Positions 48,492-58,073 of a stretch of DNA of 64,000 nt are shown here, one piece after another (position 1 is the stretch's first letter; each line of letters begins with the position of its first letter). The translations under genes were made by a program, and so were the position numbers. The stretch comes from Chloroflexota bacterium (GTDB lineage: Bacteria; Chloroflexota; Dehalococcoidia; Lucifugimonadales; Australimonadaceae). The stretch covers positions 355 through 64,354 of the forward strand of contig JAQCEV010000004.1 in assembly GCA_027618515.1 (NCBI GenBank), written 5' to 3'. The notes under the pieces were generated by a model. The model did no database searches. It had not been told where the DNA came from and worked only from the letters and a program-made list of their open reading frames with translations.

Positions 48492-48683
48492 ATGCGCTAC
48501 GCAATCGCTTGAGCGGATCTCGGGGTGGTCTGGTGTGACCACGAGGTTATTACGGATAACGCCGACGATCTGGTGAATGAAGCCCGGGCTCACGCCGTGG
48601 CCGTCCACGTGCAGGACCATGAGGCGTTCGACTCCGTTGAGTACGGCTTGCTGGTGAAGGCCGCGATGCGTGAGGTCGAGTAG
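48492..48683 (+). CDS. Candidate selenoprotein, DUF1059-like small metal-binding protein (U at residue 7)
   Basis: RBS AGGAGG; MRYAIA-TGA-ADLGVVWCDHEVITDNADDLVNEARAHAVAVHVQDHEAFDSVEYGLLVKAAMREVE*; the TGA falls at the Cys of the C-x-D-x-G..C / H-x4-H pattern; SECIS-like hairpin follows. Confidence 0.7.
48517..48547 (+). promoter_or_regulatory. SECIS-like hairpin
   Basis: ATCTC(GGG)GTGGTC-TGGTGT-GACCACGAGGT; loop starts 18 nt after the UGA at 48510-48512. Confidence 0.6.
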
Positions 48684-48801
48684 CAAGCGGCGTCTACGCG
48701 ACAGGCGCGCCCGCATTTGGGGACGAGGATTGGATGCTACGCTCCCGTCGCGTAGCGCGAACGTGCAAAAATGGCGCTATCGCTGATCGGAGGCGCCACG
48801 C

Positions 48802-50205
48802 ATGACCACCGGAACCCATTCGACGCAAGACCTAGCCATTACGTGGGCGGACTACGCCTCACGCGTCACCTACGACGACCTGCCGGACAACGTGAGACGA
48901 ATCTTGCGTTGGCTGGTGCTCGACACGCTATCCACGACGCTCGCCGCGAACACGTTGGGCGTGGGTATCCCACAACTCCTGACCTGGGCGCGAGGCGCGG
49001 GTGGCACGCCTGAGGCAACACTGATCGGCTTCGGCGACCGGCTGCCCGCGGCGGCTGCCGCGATGGTCAACGGCGGCATGGCCCATGCGCTGAACTTCGA
49101 CGATACGACGGCGGTGGGCTCCGGCCACCTCGGCCCCGTGACGTTCCCGTCGGCGTTCGCTGCTGCTGAATTGCGTGGCGGTGCCACGGGCAAAGAGTTG
49201 ATGGCATCTATCGCGGTCGGTGCCGAACTGATGTCACGCATCGGCGTTGCCCTCACCAAGGCGCAGACGTCCTACACGGAAGCCAAGCCGCAACCCACTC
49301 AGATGCCCGGGTTCTTCGCGTCAGCACTCAGCGCATCTCACATGCTTGATTTCGACGCGCTCCAAACGCACTCCGCGCTCGGTCTTGCGTTCATGCAGGC
49401 ATCTGGTGGCCGCCAGCCCGTGCTGGACGGCCGCCCAGCCAAGGCCATCTACGCTGCGTTCAGCAACCAGGGTGGCATGCAGGCAGCACTGCTGACGCGA
49501 CATGGATTGCTAGGCGATTGTGACGTTTTCGAGGGCAAAGCCGGGTTCTTCCCCACCTACTACGACGGCGCCTTCGATCGCCCTTCACTGGTGGATGGTC
49601 TTGGCGACGAATTCTTCCTGACCAACGTTGGCTTCAAGCCGTGGCCGACCACAGGCGTAGCACACGTGTTCATCGCTGCTGCTGCGGATCTCCACCGCGA
49701 GCTAGACCCCGCTGACATCCAGCGCGTGCGCATCATCGGGGAGCCGCACCTAGCGAGTTTCTGCGAGCCCAGCCAGATACGACGCAATCCGCAGGCGCCC
49801 GTCGAGGCCGAGGACAGCGTGCTGTTCACCACGGCCAAGGCGCTCGCCACCGGTGACATGACGCTTGCCGACCTCCAACCGACAACCCAGGGGCTATTTG
49901 ACGACCAGGCCATCCGCATAGCGAACCTGATTGAGTGGGAGGTCGACGAATCCCTGGGACGTTCCGGGATCGTTGAAGTCACGCTGGGTTCTGGGGAAGT
50001 GCGCACCCGTCGCGTCGACCAGGCCCCCGGCCACCGCGACAACCCCCTCACCGACGACCAACGCCAACAGAAATTCATCGCCTGCGCCCAGCACGCCGGG
50101 TCGACCCTCAGCGAAGCGTCGCTCCGCCAGGTCATCGACCTCGTCGATAACCTGGAGGACGTTCCCGATGTGCGAGTATTTGCCTCTCTGCTTTCTGGCG
50201 AATAG
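48802..50205 (+). CDS. MmgE/PrpD family protein
   Basis: NGGMAHALNFDD, GFKPWP and PGHRDNPLT motifs. Confidence 0.9.
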   Translation: MTTGTHSTQDLAITWADYASRVTYDDLPDNVRRILRWLVLDTLSTTLAANTLGVGIPQLLTWARGAGGTPEATLIGFGDRLPAAAAAMVNGGMAHALNFDDTTAVGSGHLGPVTFPSAFAAAELRGGATGKELMASIAVGAELMSRIGVALTKAQTSYTEAKPQPTQMPGFFASALSASHMLDFDALQTHSALGLAFMQASGGRQPVLDGRPAKAIYAAFSNQGGMQAALLTRHGLLGDCDVFEGKAGFFPTYYDGAFDRPSLVDGLGDEFFLTNVGFKPWPTTGVAHVFIAAAADLHRELDPADIQRVRIIGEPHLASFCEPSQIRRNPQAPVEAEDSVLFTTAKALATGDMTLADLQPTTQGLFDDQAIRIANLIEWEVDESLGRSGIVEVTLGSGEVRTRRVDQAPGHRDNPLTDDQRQQKFIACAQHAGSTLSEASLRQVIDLVDNLEDVPDVRVFASLLSGE

Positions 50206-50340
50206 TCACTTCAGGACGCCGATAATCGACGCATTGCTGTGTGATGCATTCGGGAGGCTTGCTTTCCGCATTGAATATGGAGATTCGCAGGATTACGATG
50301 CGATTAAAGCATTAGGGTTCTAAAGGCAAAGGAGGTCGGC

Positions 50341-51729
50341 ATGGTAGATATCATCCGAGCGCGAGGAGACTACTCCATCGCTGAGTACATCGATAGTGAG
50401 AAGGGAACCGTGAGTCGCGAACTCTACGTGAATCCCGACATCTTCGAGCAGGAGATGGAGCAGATCTTCCAGCGCTGCTGGCTGTTCCTCGGCCACGAGA
50501 GCCAGTTGCCCAACCCTGGCGATTTCATCGTCAGCCGCATGGGCACTGAAGAGGTCATTGTCGTCCGCGACCGCAACGACAACAAGATTCGGGCCTTCCT
50601 GAACTCCTGTCGCCACCGTGGCATGAAGGTCTGCCGGTATGACGAGGGCAACGCCCTCGTCTTCACCTGTCCCTTCCACGCTTGGACTTATGACACGACT
50701 GGCAGCTTGGTTGGTGCTGGTTTCTACAACCGCCCGGATGCCTCCACCGACACCTTGCCACGTGAGAACTGGGGCCTCAGCGAGGTTGCGCAGTTCAAGA
50801 ACTTCTACGGCTCCCTCTGGGCGACGTGGGACCCTAAAGCCCCGTCCTTCGAGGACTACCTTGGCCCCTTCGCCGAGAGCCTTCGCCACTGCCTCCAGTC
50901 GAGCGACGGTGAAGACAACGGGCTTGAGTTCTTCACGCCGTTCCAGCGCCACCGTCTCCCGACCAACTGGAAGGTTCCTGGCTTCACCTCGGTCACCGAC
51001 CTCACGCACACGGCCATGACGCACCGATCGTCGCAAGCCGCAGGCCTCCACCAAGATCGTGGACAGGGCAAAGAGAAGCCCACTATCCCGTTCCCGCAGG
51101 AGAAGTACGCCATCGGAGACCACAGCCTCGGCCACGGTGGGATGTGCACGTTCTACAACCAAGCGGGCGTCCCGCAGTACACCAACGAATGGTTCGAACC
51201 TGGCGTTGACGACTACTTCCGTGATGCCACGGAACGTAAAGCCCAGAAGTACGTCGACCGTGTCATGGCCCCCCATGGCTGGGGTGGCGGTCACTTCGCC
51301 ATCTTCCCCGCCGTCATGGTGGATAGCTGGCGCCTACGCTGGTACCACCCGCACGAGACCGGCATGACCGAGCGCTGGACGCTCTCCGGCGTCGACAAGA
51401 ACGCGCCGAAAGAGGTGAAGGACGCGGTACGGCATTACTCCGAGCGCTTCAACGGCCCGATCGGTTTCTTCGAGTCCGACGACATGGAGAACTGGAACTA
51501 CGTGTACCCGGCCAGCCAGGGCGCCCGAGCGCGCAAGCTGGACTATTTCTTCCGGAACGGAATCGGCCATGGCAAGTACGACGACCGCCTCCCTGGGGTC
51601 ATCGTCAACGGCTCGTACACCGAAGAAGCCCAACGCGCGCGCTTCAGCCGGTGGCTCGCCTTCATGGAAGCCAAATCCTGGGATGACCTATACCCGATCA
51701 ACAAGTCCAGCGCCCGTCGCATCTGGTAA
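50341..51729 (+). CDS. Aromatic ring-hydroxylating Rieske dioxygenase, alpha subunit
   Basis: Rieske CRH...CPFH; mononuclear-Fe DLTHTAMTH and ESDDMENW. Confidence 0.93.
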   Translation: MVDIIRARGDYSIAEYIDSEKGTVSRELYVNPDIFEQEMEQIFQRCWLFLGHESQLPNPGDFIVSRMGTEEVIVVRDRNDNKIRAFLNSCRHRGMKVCRYDEGNALVFTCPFHAWTYDTTGSLVGAGFYNRPDASTDTLPRENWGLSEVAQFKNFYGSLWATWDPKAPSFEDYLGPFAESLRHCLQSSDGEDNGLEFFTPFQRHRLPTNWKVPGFTSVTDLTHTAMTHRSSQAAGLHQDRGQGKEKPTIPFPQEKYAIGDHSLGHGGMCTFYNQAGVPQYTNEWFEPGVDDYFRDATERKAQKYVDRVMAPHGWGGGHFAIFPAVMVDSWRLRWYHPHETGMTERWTLSGVDKNAPKEVKDAVRHYSERFNGPIGFFESDDMENWNYVYPASQGARARKLDYFFRNGIGHGKYDDRLPGVIVNGSYTEEAQRARFSRWLAFMEAKSWDDLYPINKSSARRIW

Positions 51730-51753
51730 ACCCCCTCCGGCAAGGAATGAGCA

Positions 51754-51987
51754 ATGGCTGAAGCAAACAAGTACGACCTCTCAGGGCAGGGTGGGATCCA
51801 GGTCTGGACCAACCTCCCTGACGGCGTAAAAATCACGCTCCTCAACGGAGCCCACGGCGAAGTCATCGCGAATCCCCATGACGGCGGATTCATACTGGTC
51901 AAGTTCGACGAATTTCCCACCGACCCATCACGCGTGGGCACACAGGGATACGTATTCTTCAACGAGGTTCGGTCTGCGCAGGACTAG
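51754..51987 (+). CDS. 77-aa hypothetical protein between the dioxygenase alpha and beta genes
   Basis: RBS AAGGA; co-oriented with both neighbours; beta-rich; no Cys. Confidence 0.7.
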   Translation: MAEANKYDLSGQGGIQVWTNLPDGVKITLLNGAHGEVIANPHDGGFILVKFDEFPTDPSRVGTQGYVFFNEVRSAQD

Positions 51988-52037
51988 GTCACCGCGATGG
52001 CGGGCCACGCCTGTTCGACCGGACGAGGAGTAATGAG

Positions 52038-52580
52038 ATGGTAGAGATTGGCTCAGACAGAGCATCCCTAGAACGTTTGATATTGCAGCAGGAGCTAGAG
52101 AAGTTCCTGTACAGAGAAGCGCGCCTGCTTGATGAGCGGCGGCTGGAAGAGTGGCTCGACCTATTGGCCGAGGAGATCCACTACTGGATGCCCATGCGGA
52201 GAAACGTCAAGTTCGGCGATTGGGACAGGGAATTCACCAGCGCTGAGACGGAGATCAACTGGTTCAACGAGGGTAAAGAGATCCTTGAGGGCCGCATCCG
52301 GCAGCTCAATACGGGTGTCCACTGGCCTGAGGAGCCCGTCTCTCGCTACGAGCACATAGTTACCAACGTCGAGATCATGGACGTTACTGGCGACGAGATA
52401 CGCGTCAACAGTAAGTTCTTCTGCTACCAGAACCGCCTCCAAGATGAGGTGAACACCTGGGTAGGCCGCCGAGAGGATCTGCTGCGCCGCGACGCAGAGA
52501 CCGGCTTCAAGGTCGTCAAGCGCAAGATCATCCTCGCCCAAAACGTGATGCTGCCAAAGGTCGTCAACACGTTCTTTTAG
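52038..52580 (+). CDS. Ring-hydroxylating dioxygenase beta subunit (BphA2/HcaF-like)
   Basis: FLYREARLLDERR..EWL.L, YWMP and W.EEP.SR motifs. Confidence 0.93.
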   Translation: MVEIGSDRASLERLILQQELEKFLYREARLLDERRLEEWLDLLAEEIHYWMPMRRNVKFGDWDREFTSAETEINWFNEGKEILEGRIRQLNTGVHWPEEPVSRYEHIVTNVEIMDVTGDEIRVNSKFFCYQNRLQDEVNTWVGRREDLLRRDAETGFKVVKRKIILAQNVMLPKVVNTFF

Positions 52581-52720
52581 GCTGCCCGCTGGGATGATGG
52601 GATGGGATGCAAGACAGGAGCGGGGGAGGGGATTGTCCTTGACCTCACACCTTGCACGAGAGAGTACCCTACGGCGAGAGGCCCACATGAGCCTCTCGCC
52701 ATTGCATATATGGAGAAGCC

Positions 52721-53065
52721 ATGACCGCGCGAATCGAGTGGAGAACCAACGGTAAAGGCGACGACGCGCTGATCTACGTAGGTGAGTTCGGCGAAGACAG
52801 CAACACCGTACTCAGGACGTGGGAAGCAGACGCCGCCCACCTCACCGACTTCTTGAACAAGATGACGGGATTTGCCACCGACGTCGTAGGCTTAGAGGTC
52901 GACGCCGAGAAGCGCGACCCGCTGCTGTATGGCCGACTCGTCATGACGCGGTCGCCCCACGGGCAGGTCATGCAGATCGACCCTGAACTCTACTGGGATG
53001 CCATCTACTACTGGTTCCGATCCAACGGTAGCGACCCCCACCCGATGCGCGAACTCACCACGTAG
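52721..53065 (+). CDS. Hypothetical protein
   Basis: RBS GGAG; 114 aa; genome-typical codon usage. Confidence 0.65.
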   Translation: MTARIEWRTNGKGDDALIYVGEFGEDSNTVLRTWEADAAHLTDFLNKMTGFATDVVGLEVDAEKRDPLLYGRLVMTRSPHGQVMQIDPELYWDAIYYWFRSNGSDPHPMRELTT

Positions 53066-53099
53066 CTCCTAGGCCCGCGCCATGCGAGCGCACCGCTCA

Positions 53100-54068
53100 T
53101 CACATGGTGATGACGATCTTGCCAACGAATCGGCCTTCCCCGAAATGCCGCAAAGCATCTGCGGCCTCGCTCAGCGCGTAGCGACTATCGATGGTAGGCA
53201 CTACTTTCCCTGCCTCGATAAGCTCCGCCAGGAAAGCCAAGTCTTTGTTCGGCTTCAGCGCTAGGATCCCGAACTTCTTGCTGCCGATCACTGAGAGGAT
53301 CGATCCCACGACCAGCCCCTGGAATATCCGTCCCATGGAGCCGCCGGCCATGACGTAGATTCCCCCAGGGTTCAGCACGCGCCTGTAATCGAAGATCGAA
53401 TGATGCGCCTCAAGATCAACGATCAGGTCGTAAAGCTCGCCACCCTGGGTGAAATCCTCGCGCGTGTAATCGATGACGTGGTCAGCGCCGACCGCGCGCA
53501 TGCCGTCCAGCTTGTTCGCGTTGTCCACGCCGGTCACCTCAGCCCCGAACGACTTGGCGATCTGCACGGCGAACGAACCTGCGCCACCGCCAGCCCCGTT
53601 CACCAGCACCTTTTGCCCTTGCTGAACGTGCCCTTTGTCGCGAACACCCTGGAGGGCGATGACCGCCGCTTGCGGCACCGCCGCTGCCTGCTCGAATGTC
53701 AGGTTGGTAGGCTTCAGCGCCAACACATCTTCACGAACGCATGCGTACTCGGCAAAAGCGCCAAACCCACTCCCCGATAGATCCCCGAACACCTCATCAC
53801 CGACGTGAAGCAGCGACACGTTTGCACCAACCGCTTCGACCTGTCCTGCGATGTCACAGCCGAGGATCGTGGCTTTTGGCTTCCGAAGGCCCCCGCCCGA
53901 AACACGAGCCATGAATGGCTTGCCTGTCAGGAGACCCCAGTCCCACGCGTTTATGGAAGCCGCGTGGATCCGCACAAGTACCTCGTTGTCCTTCGCGACT
54001 GGCTTGTCGACCTCTTTGAGCGCGAGAACATCCGGTGAGCCGTACTTCGTGTAGACGATCGCTTTCAT
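53100..54068 (-). CDS. Zinc-independent MDR / NAD(P)H quinone-oxidoreductase-like protein (paralog 1)
   Basis: YGSPDVL, NGAGGGAG and GKIVI motifs; no catalytic Zn ligands. Confidence 0.9.
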   Translation of the reverse strand: MKAIVYTKYGSPDVLALKEVDKPVAKDNEVLVRIHAASINAWDWGLLTGKPFMARVSGGGLRKPKATILGCDIAGQVEAVGANVSLLHVGDEVFGDLSGSGFGAFAEYACVREDVLALKPTNLTFEQAAAVPQAAVIALQGVRDKGHVQQGQKVLVNGAGGGAGSFAVQIAKSFGAEVTGVDNANKLDGMRAVGADHVIDYTREDFTQGGELYDLIVDLEAHHSIFDYRRVLNPGGIYVMAGGSMGRIFQGLVVGSILSVIGSKKFGILALKPNKDLAFLAELIEAGKVVPTIDSRYALSEAADALRHFGEGRFVGKIVITM

Positions 54069-54129
54069 CGTGCCCTCCCGCCTCGTCGTTGGTTACTTGG
54101 ATTCCTCGACCTGAGCGACCGCCTCAGCC

Positions 54130-55104
54130 TCACATCGTGATGACGATCTTCCCGGTGAATGTGCCTTCCAGGAAGTACCGGAACGCGTCAGCGGTCTCGC
54201 TCAACGTGAAACGTCTATCGATGACAGGCACGACCGTGCCTGCCTCGATCATTCCGACCAAAAGATCGAGACCCTCGTTCGGTTTCGCTCCAACCGTGCC
54301 CATCTTCTTGCGCCCGAGCATCGAGACGAACCGCCCCACGAGCTCCGCCTGGAAGAAGCGCGCCTGGGAACCACCGATCACGCCGTATGCGCCCGTGGGA
54401 CTCAGCGCGCGCTTGTAATCGAAAGTCGAACGCGACGCCGCAACATCGACGATCAGGTCGTAGCGCTGGCCGTTCTTCGTGAAATCTTCCTGCGCGTAAT
54501 CGATAAAGTGATCCGCACCGAGCGACCGCACCACGTCCCGCTTGCTGGCGCTGTCCACGCCCGTCACCTCGGCCCCAAACGACTTAGCGATCTGCACCGC
54601 GAGCGTCCCCACCCCACCCCCGGCGCCGTTGATCAGAACCTTCTGCCCTGGCTGGATCTGTCCGTTGAAGCGAAGAGCTCCTAGGGCGAGGGCGCCCACC
54701 TGCGGCAGGGCCGCCGCCTGCTCGAACGTCAGGCTCGCAGGCTTTTTCAGCATGGAGCTTTCGCGCGCACACACGAACTCGGCGAACCCACCCCAACCGA
54801 TCGAGAGCAATCGCTTGCTGACCTCTCCGAACACCTCATCACCTACGTTGTGCAACGTGACGTTGCTGCCAACCGCTTCAACCCGCCCCGCTACGTCTGT
54901 TCCCAGGATCTTGTGTTTGGGCCTTAGGAATCCCTCGAACGGACGAGCCAGCAAGCTGCCTCTTAGGAAATCAACGTCCCATGAATTGATGGACGCTGTG
55001 GTGACCGCTACCAGCACCTCATCGTCCATCGGAACCGGTTTGTCGACTTCCTGGAGCTTGAGAACGTCAGGCGAGCCGTACTTGTTATAGACGATTGCTT
55101 TCAT
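54130..55104 (-). CDS. Zinc-independent MDR / NAD(P)H quinone-oxidoreductase-like protein (paralog 2)
   Basis: Same motifs as paralog 1, with an identical C-terminus GKIVITM. Confidence 0.9.
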   Translation of the reverse strand: MKAIVYNKYGSPDVLKLQEVDKPVPMDDEVLVAVTTASINSWDVDFLRGSLLARPFEGFLRPKHKILGTDVAGRVEAVGSNVTLHNVGDEVFGEVSKRLLSIGWGGFAEFVCARESSMLKKPASLTFEQAAALPQVGALALGALRFNGQIQPGQKVLINGAGGGVGTLAVQIAKSFGAEVTGVDSASKRDVVRSLGADHFIDYAQEDFTKNGQRYDLIVDVAASRSTFDYKRALSPTGAYGVIGGSQARFFQAELVGRFVSMLGRKKMGTVGAKPNEGLDLLVGMIEAGTVVPVIDRRFTLSETADAFRYFLEGTFTGKIVITM

Positions 55105-55342
55105 ATGTTGAACGCCCTTTTCTGAGTGCATCAGGCTGTGAACAGAGTGCGAGCCGCTTCCCTAGTGCCAACCTAGTTCGCAGTCGTGAACCGGGCATGC
55201 ACCGAGTGCGATCGCCCGTGTGGTTCGTGTGCCGTCCCCGCAGGCGTGCGGGCGCGTTGACACTCCTTCGGGCCAGTCCTACCATCGCCAAAGGTGCCGT
55301 ATCAGGTAGCCCTGCGACGAATTTCACAGGAGTTTCCCCCGC

Positions 55343-56614
55343 ATGCTCTCTGTTTCTGACAACGAGAAGATTACGCGCGTCGGACGCGGAACGCCCATGG
55401 GCGAACTCATGCGCCGCTATTGGCAACCCGTCCTCCTCTCCCGCGAGGTCGCCGAGCCCGATGGCGACCCCATCCGCGTACGCATCCTGGGTGAGGACCT
55501 GGTCGCTTTCCGCGACACCAGCGGTCGCGTGGGCATGATCTCAGAGTGGTGCCCCCATCGCCTCACGTCCATGTTCCTCGGTCGCAACGAGGAGGACGGC
55601 CTCCGCTGCGTGTACCACGGCTGGAAGTTCGACGTGACAGGCGCTTGCGTGGACATGCCCAACGAGCCTGAGGAATTCGACTTCAAGCACAAGGTCAACA
55701 TGGTCGCGTACCCCACGCTCGACATGGGTGGCGTGATCTGGGTCTACATGGGCCCCGCTGATCAGCAACCTCCCCCTCCCAAGTTCGAGTTCACCCAGCA
55801 GCCCGAGACTCACCGTGGTGTGTCGAAGGTCATTGAGGAGTGCAACTGGCTCCAGGCGATGGAGGGAGGACTAGATTCTGTCCACTCGTCGTTCCTCCAC
55901 CGCAAGTTGGCCGCAGGCGACGGCCTTGGCTTCGATGGTCTTCGCGCCGACGCGACCGCCGGGCGACTGGACGTGGAGACCGAGGACTACGGCTACCGCT
56001 ACGCCGCGCACCGGCCGATACCCGGTAGGGAAGACAACTACGTCCGCTCGTACCATTTCGTCATGCCCCACGTGCAGATCCGTGCGGCGCAGTTGAACAA
56101 TGATGGCTCCTGGTTGAAGTTCAAGATCGCAGGCCACCACTGGGTGCCCATCGACGACCACACCACCCTCGTCTGGAACTGGCTCTACAGCCTCGATGAG
56201 CCGCTAACCAAAGACGAGCAGGAGGAGCGTGGCTTCGGCAACGGCCCCAACGACGTTGACCAGCAAACGTTCCGTGCTGCTGGTAACAAGCGTAACGATT
56301 GGCGGATCGACCGCGCCAAGCAGCGCACCGCTAGCTTCACAGGCATCGATGGAGTGAACGCTCAAGATAGGGCAGTGCAAGAGTCCATGGGGGCGGTCGT
56401 CAATCGCTCGCAGGAGCACTTAGGCCAGACGGACAAGGCCATCATCACCATGCGCAAGATGTTGATGAACGCGATTGCGGTCGTGCAGGACGGTGGAGTG
56501 CCGCCTGGTGCGTCGGATTCCTACTACCACCTACGTGGGATCGAAGAAGTGTTGCCGCAGGATGCTGCGGGGCTCGAAGTTCTGGCTGACAAGATGTTCG
56601 CCAGAACCAGTTGA
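55343..56614 (+). CDS. Rieske oxygenase, phthalate-4,5-dioxygenase/LigX-like (paralog 1)
   Basis: CPHR...CVYHGW, NWLQ..EG..D..H...LH and QDRAVQE motifs. Confidence 0.92.
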   Translation: MLSVSDNEKITRVGRGTPMGELMRRYWQPVLLSREVAEPDGDPIRVRILGEDLVAFRDTSGRVGMISEWCPHRLTSMFLGRNEEDGLRCVYHGWKFDVTGACVDMPNEPEEFDFKHKVNMVAYPTLDMGGVIWVYMGPADQQPPPPKFEFTQQPETHRGVSKVIEECNWLQAMEGGLDSVHSSFLHRKLAAGDGLGFDGLRADATAGRLDVETEDYGYRYAAHRPIPGREDNYVRSYHFVMPHVQIRAAQLNNDGSWLKFKIAGHHWVPIDDHTTLVWNWLYSLDEPLTKDEQEERGFGNGPNDVDQQTFRAAGNKRNDWRIDRAKQRTASFTGIDGVNAQDRAVQESMGAVVNRSQEHLGQTDKAIITMRKMLMNAIAVVQDGGVPPGASDSYYHLRGIEEVLPQDAAGLEVLADKMFARTS

Positions 56615-56695
56615 TTGATTCAGCCCCGCTAGCGGGCTAAAGTGTCGGCCAAGGTGAGAACCCGAGCCGACCCATACGCAGTGAGGAGATCAGAG

Positions 56696-57967
56696 ATGCT
56701 TTCAGTTGCTGATAACGAGAAGTTGACGAAGGTCGGGCCGGGGACTCCCATGGGGAACCTGATGCGCCGCTACTGGCAGCCCGTGCTGCTTGCCCGCGAG
56801 GTTGCGGACAACGACGGCGACCCCATCCGCGTGCGTATCCTCGGCGAAGAGTTGGTGGCGTTCCGCGACACCAGCGGGCGCGTGGGCCTCATCTCCGAGT
56901 GGTGCCCCCATCGCCTCACGTCCATGTTCCTCGGTCGCAACGAAGAGGACGGCCTCCGCTGCGTGTACCACGGCTGGAAGTTCGACGTTACGGGCTCATG
57001 CGTGGACATGCCCAACGAGCCCGAAGAGTTCGACTTCAAGCACAAGGTGAAGATGATCGCCTACCCAACAGAAGAGATGGGCGGCGTCATCTGGGCCTAC
57101 ATGGGGCCCGCCGAGTTGAAGCCTGTATTGCCGAAGTTCGAGTTCACGCAGCAGCCTGAGTCGCACCGTGGCGCGTCCAAGGTGATCGAGGAGTGCAACT
57201 GGCTCCAGGGGCTTGAAGGCGGCATCGACAGCATCCACTCGTCGTTCCTGCACCGCAAGATCGGCGAAGGCAAGGGCATCGGCCTCGATGGCCTTCGCGC
57301 AGAAGGCCTCGCTGGCAAGCTCGACGTTGAGCCCACGGACTACGGCTACCGTTACACGAACTCGCGTGGACTCCCCGGCAAGGGGCAGAACTACGTCCGC
57401 GGCTACCACTTCGTCATGCCGCACATCCAGGTCCGCGCCGCGCAGTTGAACAACAACGGTGACTGGTACAAATTCAAGATCGCAGGGCACCACTGGGTGC
57501 CCATCGACGACCACACGACGATGGTCTGGAACTGGTTCTACAGCCTGGACGAGGCGCTGACCCAGGATGAGAAGGACGAGGAGATCAGCGGGAACGGCCC
57601 GGCGTACGTTGATCCCGTGACCTTCCGGGCAGCAGTGAACCCGCGCAACAACTGGTTGATCGACCGTGACATGCAGCGCAAAGAGAACTTCACGGGCATC
57701 CAAGGCGTGAACGCGCAGGACAGGGCGGTTCAAGAGGCCATGGGCCCCATCGTGAATCGCTCCAAGGAGCACTTGGGCCAGACCGACAGGGCCGTCATCA
57801 TGACGCGCCGGATGTTGCTGAAGGCCGTCGACACAGTCGCCGACGGTGGAACGCCCCCAGGACTCGGCGAGTCCTACTACGCGGTTCGCGCTATCGAAGA
57901 CGTTCTACCCGAGGAAGACTTCGGGCTAGATGCGCTATCGGAGCGGATGTTCGCAGGAGCTCGCTAA
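56696..57967 (+). CDS. Rieske oxygenase, phthalate-4,5-dioxygenase/LigX-like (paralog 2)
   Basis: Same motifs and same length (423 aa) as paralog 1; RBS GAGGAG. Confidence 0.92.
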   Translation: MLSVADNEKLTKVGPGTPMGNLMRRYWQPVLLAREVADNDGDPIRVRILGEELVAFRDTSGRVGLISEWCPHRLTSMFLGRNEEDGLRCVYHGWKFDVTGSCVDMPNEPEEFDFKHKVKMIAYPTEEMGGVIWAYMGPAELKPVLPKFEFTQQPESHRGASKVIEECNWLQGLEGGIDSIHSSFLHRKIGEGKGIGLDGLRAEGLAGKLDVEPTDYGYRYTNSRGLPGKGQNYVRGYHFVMPHIQVRAAQLNNNGDWYKFKIAGHHWVPIDDHTTMVWNWFYSLDEALTQDEKDEEISGNGPAYVDPVTFRAAVNPRNNWLIDRDMQRKENFTGIQGVNAQDRAVQEAMGPIVNRSKEHLGQTDRAVIMTRRMLLKAVDTVADGGTPPGLGESYYAVRAIEDVLPEEDFGLDALSERMFAGAR

Positions 57968-58073
57968 CTCTTGGGATGCTGACTGGTAGGCCGAATACGG
58001 GGCGGCTGCGTGGCCGCCCCGAGTCACCTTAGTCGGAGGCTGCAAATGCTGAGCGCCAGAGGAGGCTAGCCCG

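Noticed and set aside
536-48683. Genome-wide TGA reassignment (code 4/25) as the explanation for the in-frame TGAs
   Set aside because: TGA terminates well-conserved genes at their expected ends (priA, ruvC, ruvA, mgtE, thiL, tsaE), and long genes have no internal TGA.
48465-48716. 83-aa minus-strand ORF in the track
   Set aside because: It is the antisense shadow of the TGA-containing DUF1059-like gene, which has the RBS and the family motif.
50320-51294. Long antisense ORFs (also 11528-12448 and 56996-57772)
   Set aside because: Typical shadow frames of high-GC3 genes, with no recognisable motifs.
57998-58021. GC hairpin after the second Rieske oxygenase as a terminator
   Set aside because: No U-tract on either strand; it may only be an mRNA-stabilising stem.
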